Origin: Squalus acanthias
Taxonomy: Eukaryota
Assembly: GCA_030390025.1 (NCBI GenBank)
Contig: CM059433.1
Span: 9,674,001-9,738,000, forward strand
Reading direction: 5' to 3'
DNA: 64,000 nucleotides
Made by a program: the position numbers and the translations under genes. Below the pieces are notes generated by a model. The model did not search any database. It was not told the origin of the DNA and worked only from the letters and a program-made list of their open reading frames with translations. This document shows positions 1-10,912 of the stretch, one piece after another. How positions within the stretch are numbered: the first letter of the stretch is position 1; each line of letters starts with the position of its first letter.

Positions 1-640
1 AGCTTTTTGAATTTGAAGGTCACCCACTGGTTTCCCGCTGTGCCTAGACCTCGTCTGTGAAGCTGAGGCGGGAGGTCAGTGGCCATTGAATCAGTTGATG
101 AGTTGACAGCTTCAAATGTCAAGTCAAAGCTCCCAGCTGATTGAGAAATATTCCCTTAACCACTAGCTTCTCTAAACTGCATTTCCACTACAGATTCAGA
201 ATGCTGCAAGTCTTTACACAAGTCTCCATTCAGTCTGACCTCATTACCTACCCCACCATTGACAGATCGCTTCTATCATCTCTACTTCACCTGCCATCTA
301 GTCCATCAGCATGGGTGCACTTTATAGGCTCTCAATTGGTCCTCGGAATCTGACCACGATCAGCCTGGGTGCAGCCGTGCACCTCTGTGCAGTGCTTGTC
401 AGTGTTTGCAGCACCTCAATGCTGTAGAACACTGACAGCAGAACTGCCAAAATCAATTTGCGCATGGTCCCTTTAAGGAAACCGGCTGATGACGCGTCAT
501 CAAGTGATGTCACCAGACCCGCTTCCTTCGATTGGTTGGGAAACTCGCTGGGCGGGCTTAACAAGCCCAATCAGCGTAAGATCACTACAGAGTGGGCTGG
601 AGCACTGCACCCACCTCGTAGGCGAAATCGCAGCCAGCCT
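1..640. mobile_element. Right part of a PIF/Harbinger-type DNA transposon (internally deleted)
   Basis: 255-350 matches 31335-31440 and 361-636 matches 32274-32591, including the terminal ...GAAATCGCAGCC; minus strand carries the start of the Myb/SANT ORF (AQRCTAAPRL). Confidence 0.75.
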
Positions 641-1175
641 TTCTGTCCTTGGCTCCCGTAACTGTTCCAATGAAGCGCAATGCAAGCTCGAGGAACAGCA
701 CCTCATCTTTCGACGAGGCACGTTTTACAGCCGACTGGCCTTAACGTTGAGTTGAACAACTTTCGATGTTATGCACTGCTCTCATTTTCTCTCGGCAACA
801 GGTGCTGGTAATGGAGGATGGCGGCAGAAGAGGCACTGGGAGTGGAGAAGGAATGGGTTGGTGCTTGGGGTGGGGATCCTCTCTAGGTACAAGGCCAGTG
901 GGGTGGTCCACACCCCTAGAGTCCACCTGACTTTCTTGCACCACGTTCCTGGGCCAGGGCAACCCTCTCCGCTTCGCTAGATTTCCAAGCTCTTCCCCCT
1001 GTGCTATTCTGCTGTAACCATTTACACCTCCTCTGGATCCATCGTTTGTTTCTATACTTGTCCTGTTATTTCTCACTTAATTACTCCTGCCCTCCACCCC
1101 ATCACAGATTCTCCCCCTTTTGTTCTTTTCCTGCCCACCTTTTCCCTGGCTCTGTATTTGCTGAAAAGCTGCTTG
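640..1175 (+). mobile_element. Penelope-like element family B fragment (GIY-YIG C-terminus plus part of pLTR), with a ~200 bp insert at 775-980
   Basis: Translation CSNEAQCKLEEQHLIFR; 1010-1170 matches 7185-7355 and the reverse complement of 57820-58000. Confidence 0.8.
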
Positions 1176-1560
1176 GGATCGGGTTTCCGATTGTTTCCGC
1201 TAGTTAGGACAGCGCAATCCAGGCAGAAGTGGCTGGACCAGCGCAAAAGTTTGGAGAATTTTAAACGCGTGTGATTGACGCCCAAGCCCACTTGCGTGTT
1301 TCCCGCGATATTTTGCGCTGGTTCGAGATTCGATTCGCCCGAAGCAGGCCCCGCCCACAAAGACCGGCCACACCCCCCCCAGGTCGAGATTGCGAGATTC
1401 CACCGACTGCGCTGGCTCAGGAAGGCCCTTCAAATTGCGCTTGTTTTCTTAGACGCACGGGCGCCAGTAGACACGTTATTAAAGTTCTTTCACATCAAAA
1501 AATATTCACTTTACTAAGAAACTGACTAGCGCACACCAATGAAACTGTTAAATGGTCCAG
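1176..1560. mobile_element. CpG-rich non-autonomous DNA transposon/MITE fragment
   Basis: Abrupt switch from PLE pLTR to CpG-rich sequence starting GGGATCGGGTTTCC; right end not defined. Confidence 0.4.
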
Positions 1561-1894
1561 TCTAGTTTTTATAAGTCAATTTCGGTGATTTTAAATCACA
1601 GGTGGAGGACTGGACTTGTTCCCTTATTAAAAATGCTTATTTTTGGTGCTAAATCCATGTTCAGCTGTATTAATAAAACTGCAACAGGTTAAATACATCA
1701 GGGAATATTTTTTTAATGAAAAAAGGAAACAATTCCGTTCTATTGCGCTGGTTCACGGAAGATTTTACATTTGGGCTGGATTTTAATGGGGAATCCTGCA
1801 ACCTGCGCATATTCACTTGGTTCAGCTTTAACTTTATCTAAGGCACAATGCGAGCCTCGAAATGTCACGGCTCAATCTAGCCGCTGCTACTCAC

Positions 1895-2008
1895 AATTTC
1901 TGGTGTCGACCTTTTGAAATCCTCAGCCAAGCCTTTTACTGCACTGCTGTATAAGTCAAACTCTGAAGCGCTCTCCAAGGGTGCTTTTCCTCGGCAGCTG
2001 TCACTATT
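1895..2008 (-). CDS. Candidate internal exon (114 nt) of an unidentified gene, paralog 1
   Basis: Acceptor TTGCTATCTTGTAG, donor GTGAGT; frame 0 open: NSDSCRGKAPLESASEFDLYSSAVKGLAEDFKRSTPEI; homologous to 9074-9184. Confidence 0.55.
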
Positions 2009-2283
2009 CTACAAGATAGCAACAAGTCAACACATTTGATCACGTACATTACACACTGACATTAGCAGGAACAAAAGTGTTCAGAGCTTTTATAATTACT
2101 GAAAAGAGTTAACATGAATACGGGGCAATATCCGTTCCAGTTCAGGTCTGCCAAAGACCTTCTCAGGTTTAGCGGAGTCAGTCGCTCCCGTAAGTGAATG
2201 CCAGTTAACTCACACTGTCCAATAGCGACATGTGCAATAGCTTAAACCAGGGGTTTAACCATGTGAATTGAAGCAGGTATAAT

Positions 2284-2581
2284 GGGCGCGAAATTCGGTT
2301 ACGCCCCGTTCGGGGGCGGTAACCGGATTAGCGCCGGACGTTTGGCGCCCGGGGCGGAAGTACTGCCCCGGCCGCTAAATTCGGCTTACCGCCCCGGAGA
2401 GGAAGTGGAGTGCTATTATTGTCCCCCACCAGAGGCGGTAGAGCGAGCAGGGCCCCGAGTCCCGAGCCCCAACAACACCAAACCCCCGGGCCCTGGGATC
2501 CTCACAGACTCGCTGAGGCCGCAAGATGGGCAAGCTCGACCGGGTGAGCGGGCCTTAAACATCGGGGCCTGGGCCCGGGCT
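2284..2581. mobile_element. GC-rich MITE left arm (Harbinger-like)
   Basis: Starts GGGCGCGAAATTCGG with CGCCCC/GGGGCG subterminal motifs like those at 14989, 40453 and 60724; truncated at a CR1. Confidence 0.55.
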
Positions 2582-3291
2582 TTGTACATGAGTCACTGAA
2601 AGTGAATGTGCAGGTGCAGCAAGCCATTAGGAAGGCAAATGGTATGCTGGCCTTCATTACAAGAGGATTTGAGTACAGGAGTAAAGAAGTCTTACTCCAA
2701 TTATATAGGGCCTTGGTGAGACCACACCTGGGGTACTATGTACAATTTTGGTCTCCTTACCTAAGGAAGGATATGCTTGCCATAGAGGGAGTGCAACGAA
2801 GGTTCACGAGATTGATTCCTGGGATGGCGGGACTGTCGTATGAGACGAGATTGAGTAAACTAGGCCTGTATTCTCTTGAATTCAGAAGAATGAGAGGGGA
2901 TCTCATTGAAGCATACAAAATTATTACAGGGCTTGATAGGGTGGATGCTGGGAGAATGTTTCCCTTGGCTGGGGAGTCTAGAACCAGGGGCCACAGCCTC
3001 AGGAAAAAGGGTAGGCCATTCAGGACTGAGACGAGAAGACATTTCTTCACACAGAGGGTGGTGAATCTTTGGAATTCTCTACCCCAGAGGGCTGTGGAGG
3101 CTCAGTCATTGGGTATATTCAAAACAGAAGTCGATAGATTTCTGACTAGTAAGGGCATCAAGGGATATGGCGATATGGCCGGTGAATGGAGTTGAGGCAG
3201 AAGATTAGCCATGATCTCATTGAATGGCGGAGCAGGCTCGAAGGGCCGAATGGCCTACTCCTGCTCCTATTTCTTATATTCTTATGTTCTT
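2582..3291 (+). mobile_element. CR1 LINE 3' fragment (ORF2 C-terminus and 3'UTR)
   Basis: ORF 2602-3195 with LYRALVRPHL..YVQFWSP and RTRGH motifs; tail GGCCTACTCCTGCTCCTAT(TTCTTATG)n. Confidence 0.95.
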
Positions 3292-3739
3292 AAATGTTTT
3301 TTTTTTAATCGCCCAAAGCTGCCGCCTGTTGCTGGGGAACCGGCCGACCTCAGGCTTCCCCCAACCAACTGACTCTCCTTCATCTCCTGACCTTCGCCCC
3401 AAACACTCGCAGCAGAAACAGACCGAAACTTCGGCCTGGCGTCTTGAAGCCCCGGCCACGTGGCTGCAGAGTCTGAGTCTGGTCCCCACACCCAGACTGC
3501 CACCCCGAGGCTGCGACCTACTGCTCAGGCCTGCACCCGCCAGCCTACCCCACGGATTGGTAGCGATGGACTGACAAGACCCCTCCGGTGTGTGTGCGCC
3601 GTTCTGGTGGGGCGGGGGGATGTTTAGGCCCCCCCCCCCCATACTGGCTCCTGCGCAGAAGACTGTGCAAACAATCACAGCGATGCTCTTTTGGTGCGAT
3701 CACTAAAGAAAAAACTGTAACTTAACAAAAATCCATCAA

Positions 3740-4075
3740 GTGAAACTGAACAAATTAAATTAAGATTTGGTTCCCTGGGGTGATGAGGCACTCCAGTCCC
3801 TGCGGCGCCAACTGGTCGCTTGGAAGACCTCGAGCATGCCGGCGGACACCGCGTGCTCCATCTCCAGGGCCGCCCGGGCGCGAACGTGGCCGCGGAAGAG
3901 AGGCAGGCAGTCAGGCCCGAACGACCCCCCTCCACCGCCCGCTGCCTGGACCAGTTGATGGCCACTTTGGCCAGGCCCAGGAGCAGCCCCCCGACCTGCC
4001 CGCTGCCCCTCCGCACCGGGCGACCAAAGATCAGGAGCGTGGGACTGAAGTGCAGCCAGAAATCGAGGAGCAGCA
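3740..4075 (-). mobile_element. Tx1-clade (L1-like) non-LTR retrotransposon ORF2 C-terminal fragment
   Basis: Frameshifted minus-strand translation LHFSPTLLIFG...LLLGLAKVAINWSRQRAVEG...RARAALEMEHAVSAG resembles the Tx1 ORF2 C-terminus. Confidence 0.7.
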
Positions 4076-4363
4076 CAATCACAGTGTTAATTATTTTACT
4101 TTCTGCAGCACTACTGGCTGTAAGAAACTGAACCATGCACTTTGGCCTTCAGCCAAGGGAAGAACTCCCTCTTCCTGCAATATCCTGTCTTTTATTGTGT
4201 CAGTTATATTTCAGTGTCAGCTTTTTGTCAAACTGACGATGCTCCCACCAGAGTGCCAAATTCACCAGCCTAACCTGACAAGGGCCCCTGCTGATTACAA
4301 ATGGATAGAGTTTATCACGATAACGAGGAGCGTGAAGTACTCGCTAGAATGTAAAACTAGTTT

Positions 4364-4551
4364 TCATCGTCTCCACCATGCTGGTTCAGACATCACTTCT
4401 GAGTTCCTGGCCTTGCTGTCCTGTGAACTTAATCCCTTGAGATGTAGGTTTAACTCAATTAGTAGCATTTTTATAACATATATTACACCGAAGGCCCTGT
4501 GGCAGCATAGCCAGAAATCCTGAACGTGTTTTAGGGCCACACCTTTCACTA
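4364..4551 (-). CDS. Candidate terminal coding exon of an unidentified gene
   Basis: Acceptor TGTCATTGCAG, open frame VKGVALKHVQDFWLCCHRAFGVIYVIKMLLIELNLHLKGLSS...WWRR*, and minus-strand AATAAA at 4191-4196. Confidence 0.3.
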
Positions 4552-5178
4552 CTGCAATGACATTTCCAAAACTTCTCCATATTTAAAAAAAAAATACAAT
4601 GTTTTCATTTTTCAATACAAATCAAAAACTAGGAAAGTATTTCAATGTTCATACATTCTATAAACATATTTATAGTTGGAAAGAGGTGAAACTACCATCT
4701 AAAATTGGAATCTTCTTGTTCTCTACTCATCAGATTTGCACACTCTTGTACAGAATGAGACAGATGTACAGCAGCTGTAGTTAGGATTGCTGGTGCAGTT
4801 ACTTCTCAATAACTACTTTTACAAAGTTGGTCTTGGTAAAACGGAAGTGGGCACCCTGTTGCAAATCTGTATTTTATTTCTGCAATTTTAAAATGTGTGT
4901 TTGAGCTGTTGAAATCTAGTGGTTAAACAGTCAGTACCTGTTCCTTTAGCTCTTGATCACCAGTAAGAGAGACAGCAATGGAGGTTGTAAATAACATAAG
5001 CAAAGGAGCCCAGAAAATGTTCTATTTCTAAAACAAGCTATTTTGCATTAAGAGAAAGACTTTCTACGCATGCACAGGTCTGGATTTCGCTGGTGCTGAA
5101 TTAAATTTTCTCCAGTGAACGCCAGTTGTGCCATCGGAAATTCCAATTCCCAACTCGGGCACTGGGCGTGAATTATGT

Positions 5179-5745
5179 CGAGACACACGACAACGCAAAA
5201 TCGTCGAGCAGAAACTGTTAGCCAAGTGTCGCACCCATGAGGACGGCCTCAACCGGGATCTTGGGTTCATGTCACGCTACATGTAACCCCACCTGACGTA
5301 GAGTCATCCAGACTCGAGTCGTCGTTGGCTTGTTCTCTCTACACAGATGTGGCCGGACCTGCTGTGATTTCCAGCAAAAAAAGTTTTTTGTTTTCCATCC
5401 AGACCCCAGCATCTGCCACATTTGACCCCTTGTGACCCCACCTCATTGTCTTTGATGTAATGTTTTCCTGACTGACCTGTTTGGACACCATCCACACCTT
5501 TGATTGCTGGGATTATCTCTCTGCCGAGGTGTGATAAAGGGCAGTTAGAAAGATTAACTGTAATCATCTGGCAGTGTTCTCTGACTATATATGCTGTGCC
5601 TATATGCATCTCTTCACTTCACCTGACGAAGGAGCAGCGCTCCGAAAGCTTGTGATTTCAAATAAAGCTGTTGGACTATAACCTGGTGTTGTGCGACTTC
5701 TCACATTTGTCCACCCCAGTCCAACACCGGCATCTCCACATTATG
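5179..5745 (+). mobile_element. Penelope-like element family A, 3' fragment with pLTR and tail
   Basis: RDTRQRKIVEQKLLAK..THEDGLNRDLGFMSRY (GIY-YIG C-terminus), hammerhead, AATAAA, and end at CCGGCATCTCCACATTATG. Confidence 0.9.
5619..5655 (+). ncRNA. Minimal type I hammerhead ribozyme (PLE family A)
   Basis: TCAC-CTGACGA-A-GGAGC agc GCTCC-GAAA-GCTT-GTGA: conserved core, stem II, palindromic AGCT stem III, stem I TCAC/GTGA. Confidence 0.8.
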
Positions 5746-6599
5746 AACCTACAGTCTGGACTCAGGACGGGGGGGGGCGGTGGAATCTTCAGCGCAGGTG
5801 AGCAGCGGAGTCTGGTCACTGTCGAAGGAGACAGAGAGGTACTGAAGCTGCCTGAAACTTCTGCAAGTTAAAGTTCTGCAAGTGTAAAGTTCAGTAATCA
5901 ATTTCAAAGTCCAACTTAAAAAAAAAAATTGGTCGTGTTCACTTTTCTCTTTGAAACAATGTGGCAGCCAATGAGTTTTTAAAATATATATATATTTTAT
6001 GAGGGGTGGGGGTAGCAGGTGAGCCCCATAAATGTTTGTTTTAATTTATCCCCTTCATTGTATTTAAAAAAAAATTTGTGTGTACCCAGTGAGTTTTAAA
6101 AAAAAATGGTTATTGTACATTCAACAGCGTGCTCTGCTCATCTGCTCAATAAACAGGAGCTCTTGGAAGGGATTTTTCAGTACAATTTACTTTTATAATT
6201 TCTAACTCAGTGGCAGCTTTTAAAAATGTTCACTGTGATCGGCCCCCAAACCTCATGTTGTGAAATAAAAAGGCACCAGCTTAGCTCGCTGCCGTTCAAT
6301 ATTTTGCCGCCTCACTTGACTAACATGAGAAGTCGAGTGAGACAGGCAGGTGTAAAATCACAGCGATTTGGTTCAACAAGCAAAGGAAATTTAAAAAGGA
6401 CACAGCGAATAGTGACAGCACCGCCGCACATGCTCACTATGCCGGGCCTGACGCGTGTGCGCGGGACACTCACCGCTGTTCAAAACCTGGCCGAGAGACG
6501 AGCACGATGCAGGTATAAGATGGGTGGGGGGTGGGGTGTAGAAGAGATAACAGGGAGAGGAGTGGAGGGGAGGGGAGAGGAGAGCACGATGTAGGTATA

Positions 6600-7508
6600 A
6601 AGGGGAAGAGGGAGAAAGTGACCCATCTCCCCACCTGGATCCACTCCTCCATCACCTCCAATACCTGCTCACATTCCCATGGCACCTTCCCATGCAAGCA
6701 CAGGAGATGCTCTTTCGCCTCCTCCCACCCTTCCCTCTGTGCAGGACCCAAACACTCCTTCCGGGTGAAACTGCGATTTACTTGTACTTCTTCCAAATTA
6801 GTATTCTGCTCGTGGTACATTGGGGGAGACCAAATGCAGATTGGGCGATCGCTTTGCTGAATGCCTCCATTCAGTCCATAAGAGTGACCCTGAGCTTCCG
6901 GTCGCTTGCCACTTTAATTCTCCGCTCCGCTCACATTCTGAACTTAACCACCACTCACGTTTTCTCTCGGCAGCAGGTGCTAGTATTGGAGGATGGCTGC
7001 AGCAGAGGCACTGGGAGTGGAGGAGGAATGGGCTGGTGCTTGTGGTGGGGATCATCGATTGGTACATGGCCAGTAGGGTGGTTCACATCCCTGGAGTCTA
7101 CCTGCCTTTCTTCTGCCAAAGTCCTGGGCCACAGCAACCCTCGTTGCGTGGCTAGAATTTCGAAGCTTCCCTCACCCTCTGCTATTGCCGTTTACACCTC
7201 CTCTGGACCCATCTTTTGTTTCTATACTTGTTCCATTATCACCATCATCCTCTTTGTCATTTACTCACTCCTGTCCTCCACCCTATCACAGACCGCTCTC
7301 ATTGGTTCTTTAACTGCCCCCCTTTTCTCTGGCACTGTATTTGCTTAAAAGCTGTTCATCTGCAACATCTTCCAGTGGTGATGAAAGGTTATCGACCTGA
7401 AACGATAACTCTATGTCTCTCTCCACAGATGTTGCCTGACCTGCTGAGTATTGCCAGCATTTTCTGTTTTTATTTCAGTTTTCCAGCATCCGCAGTATTT
7501 TGCTTTGA
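6600..7508 (+). mobile_element. Penelope-like element family B (GIY-YIG and pLTR), with a ~200 bp insert at 6955-7155
   Basis: SKLVFCSWYIGETKCRLGDRFAECLHSVHKSDPELPVACHFNS; pLTR with a degenerate hammerhead at 7374-7410; end CAGCATCCGCAGTATTTTGCTTT. Confidence 0.9.
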
Positions 7509-7559
7509 CCCAGATTTAATCATATCCTTAATGAAAAATTCAAGACTGCCAAGAAGGTA

Positions 7560-7997
7560 ATAGAATCATAGACTGATCCAGCAGAAAAGGAGGCCTGTGC
7601 TGGCTCTTTGAAAGAGCTATCCAACCAGTCCCACTCCCCTGCCCTTTCCCCATACCCCTGCTAATTTTTCCTTTCAAGTATTTATCCAATTTCTTTTTGA
7701 AAGTTACTATTGAATCTGCTTCCACCATCCATTCAGTCAGTGGCTTCCACATCATAACAACCTGCTGCGTAAAAGACAAACTCCCTCATCTCGCCTCTTG
7801 TTCTTTTGCCAATTACCTTAAATCTCTGTCCTCTGGTTATCGACTCCTCTGCCACTGGAAACAGTTTCTCCTTATTTACTCTATCAATACCCTTCAACAT
7901 TTTGGACACCTCTGTTATTTCTCCCCCTTAACCTTCTCTGGTTTAAGGAGAACAACCCCAGCTTCTCGATTCTCTCCACGTAACTGAAGTCCCGTAT
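7560..7997 (-). mobile_element. CR1 LINE 3' fragment
   Basis: Reverse translation FTQQVVMMWKPL...FKKKLDKYL; (ATTCTATG)-type tail at 7560. Confidence 0.9.
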
Positions 7998-8470
7998 CTG
8001 AAGACTGACGACAGTTCATTCTGTACAACCAATACTAGACGTTAAGCACCAAAAGATCTTGGGCCCCATTGAATCCCTTTAATACAACAGTGTTGTCCAG
8101 GGGCGAGCCACAGAGAACTAATGTCCACTTCTGCTATTGAGTCTTCAGTGCGCTGCAACCGAGTACCAGATTAGAGTGAGGCCGCTGACATTAAATTGGA
8201 GGAAGGGGACACAACATCAATCGTTCCTGTCCCAGTGATGGCTGCTCAGATCAGTCACCCATCCCACCAACCTCAGTTTTAAATTTGCAGGAGAAGTCGG
8301 AGGGGACAATAGTGTCGAGTCCATTTTAAACAGTACAGTTGTGGCACAGTGCCGGTCCTACACCACCCCCGCCCTGGCATTGTTTAGGTTACTGCATGAA
8401 ATCACCTTCAAAATTAAAAAAAATTCGTAGTCAAAAGGGAGTCATTTTTATGGTTTAATAATTGGGAATA

Positions 8471-8941
8471 GTGTCAGCTGTGGCTCAGTGGGTAGCACAC
8501 TTGCCTCTGAGTCAGAAGATTGTAGGTTCAAGTCCCACTCCAGGGACTTAAGTACATAAAGCTAGGCTGACACTCTTGTGCAGTGCTGAGGGAGCGCTGC
8601 ACTGGTGGAGGTGCTGTCTTTCAGATGATATGTTAAACCGAAGCCCCATCTGCTCTCTCAGGTGGATATAAAAGATCCCATGGCACTATCTCGAAGAAGA
8701 GCAGGGGAGTTATCCCCGGTGTCCCTGGCCAATATTTATCCCTCAATCAACATAACAAAAAACGGATTATCTGGTCATTATCACATTGCTGTTTGTGGAG
8801 CTTGCTGTGCGTAAATTGGCTGCTGCGTTTCCCACATTACAACAGTGACTACACTCCAAAAGTACTTAATTGGCTGTAAAGCGCTTTGAGACGTCCGGTG
8901 GTCGTGAAAGGCGCTATAGAAATGCAAGTCTTTCTTTTTTT
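8471..8941 (+). mobile_element. tRNA-derived SINE (SacSINE1/DeuSINE-like, L2-type tail)
   Basis: Box A TGGCTCAGTGG, box B GGTTCAAGTCC, tail AAGGCGCTATAGAAATGCAAGTCTTTC; near-copies at 14033 and 17543. Confidence 0.9.
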
Positions 8942-9073
8942 TTACTCATGATATACAAACAAGGCCTATATTCCTTAATCTTGCAATCAGTGCATATTCA
9001 CTTGGTTCATCTTTATCTAAGGCACAACACTAGCCTCCAAATGTTACGGCTCAATCTATTTGCTGGTACTCAC

Positions 9074-9184
9074 AGTTTCTGGTGGTAATTCTGTCATCAG
9101 GTTACATATGTGTTTTGACACAATGTTGTATAAGCCAAACCTTGCAGAGCTGTTGATGGGTGCTTTTCCTCTTCTGACTGTAAT
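9074..9184 (-). CDS. Candidate internal exon (111 nt) of an unidentified gene, paralog 2
   Basis: Acceptor TTGCTTGTTTTTGTAG, donor GTGAGT; frame 0 open: ITVRRGKAPINSSARFGLYNIVSKHICNLMTELPPET; homologous to 1895-2008. Confidence 0.55.
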
Positions 9185-10626
9185 CTACAAAAACAAGCAA
9201 CAAGTGAACGCATTTGACCACATACATTGTACACTACTATTAGCAGGAGCAAAAGCGTTCAGAGCTTTTATAATTACTATAAAGAATTAACAAAGATACG
9301 GGGCAATATCAGTTTCATGTTCTTGCGCGCCAAAGACCTTCTCAGGTTTAGTGGAGTCAGTCACTCCTGTAGATGGTCTGAGCTGGTCTACAATGGGGAG
9401 GGCAAGGCTGGTGATCAAAGAAAGTCATTCTGCTCCCTAGATTATATATTCGCAAACATGAGATTGATTTTGCCAAATATTATTCTTGTTACGATATGCG
9501 TGGGGAGCTACAACTTCAAAGGAATGGCACTAATCATTTAAAAATAAAACTCGTCATTCTCCTATGGTGTAGCACACAGGCAATCAGTAATAAATATAGT
9601 CTTCAAGTCAAAGAGAGCTAGAAGGTGGAAAATAATTGGACCAGGGCTGAGGTGGGACTGAGCAGATAGAAGGCGAGAGTAGGGAAGGTGCACCAGGGTG
9701 GGGAAGGTAGAGTGAGGTGGAGCAGGGTAGACATGGTGGACATGGTGGGGAAAAAAGGACAGAGCAGGGTTAAGGGTAGAATATGTTGAGAGGCCAGAGG
9801 ACGAGAGTTAGATATCTACAGGGTGGGAGGAAAGAGAGAATTGAAAGGTCACCATCGATGTTAAAGCGAGTTTGGAGACTAAAGGAAGCAGCTGTACTGT
9901 TGGAACCAGCGACAAAAATGGGAGCGAAGAGGATAGGCAGGGAAGGACAGAGTAGTCAAAAATAAAAAAGGATCTAAGGAAACTGGATTAAGTGAAGATA
10001 GATTGTTCATGAATTTAAAGCAGCCTTATACAGAATTGGGAAAAAAAGCACCAAAGAAAGAAAACTGAGCATAAATCTATTAAATAAACTGGGAAAAAGT
10101 TGACAAAAATTATCTAAATAAAGATGCGCACCATTAATTAAATAAAACTTGAAGCTTCACTGGAAAAAATTAAATACAAGGCTGTCGAGAGGCCGATTAT
10201 TGAGAACAGAGGGAAGCGGAACTGGCAATTGGCTTTTGCCTCTGGTTATCTTAGAACTATCGGAGACAGCTGCAGGGCTGCAGTACCACAAGGCCAACGA
10301 GACGGGCCGGCCAGCCAACGAGAGCAGCTAAACAGCAGCAGCAGAATGGCCCACTGGTGAAAGCAGCCATTTAACAAATGCGGGTGGATAGAGATGCACA
10401 GCACTAATGGCAATACTGCTGCTAAACAGAAGGGAACAGGCAAAAAAAACAGGAGCTGGGGAGGGGGAACATGCATTTATGTGCGCAACTATGTCTCTGT
10501 ACAACAGACTTTCCTTTACCATGACATCTGTTGTTCTCTGGGAAATGCACTGCTATGGGATCACCCTGTGCCAAATGTTAAGTTACTGCAGTTAGAATTG
10601 ACATAAAGGGTTCAAATTCAGTTGAC

Positions 10627-10912
10627 TGAGTCACATGACGTTAGTTGAAAAAACACAATGCTCACAGCGCCACCTACAGACACAATACCATTAGAATGCT
10701 GCAACAATTCACCATCTTTAATATATAACAATAGATACTATATGCCCTCGAATTAATAAGATTTACATGAATTCAAACTCACATTGTGTCTATGATAGGT
10801 TTCATTAACCTTTAAAGTGAGAGGTTTGAGGAATGAGCAGGAAACACAACTCCAGAGCATTTTGTGCAAGCAGCATAAATCTTCACTTTTCACTGAAATT
10901 TATCTGACGTCA
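10627..10912. promoter_or_regulatory. Candidate enhancer/insulator motif cluster
   Basis: AP-1 TGAGTCA (10627) overlapping E-box GTCACATGAC, CTCF-like CAGCGCCACCTACAG (10665-10679), IRF-like CTTCACTTTTCACT (10881), CRE TGACGTCA (10905), all in non-repeat DNA. Confidence 0.35.

Noticed and set aside
2009..2100. TATA box plus signal-peptide start (MYVIKCV../MYVVKCV..) directly upstream of the duplicated exon
   Set aside because: The ATG frames differ between copies and neither joins the fully open exon frame without a frameshift; the segment fits an intron acceptor better. A pseudogenised first exon cannot be excluded.
3780..4523. 247-aa plus-strand ORF
   Set aside because: Mostly the antisense of a GC-rich Tx1 fragment.
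8481..8560. tRNA genes (also 14043, 22055-22130, 33755-33815)
   Set aside because: Pol III A/B boxes are heads of SINEs with full SINE bodies attached.
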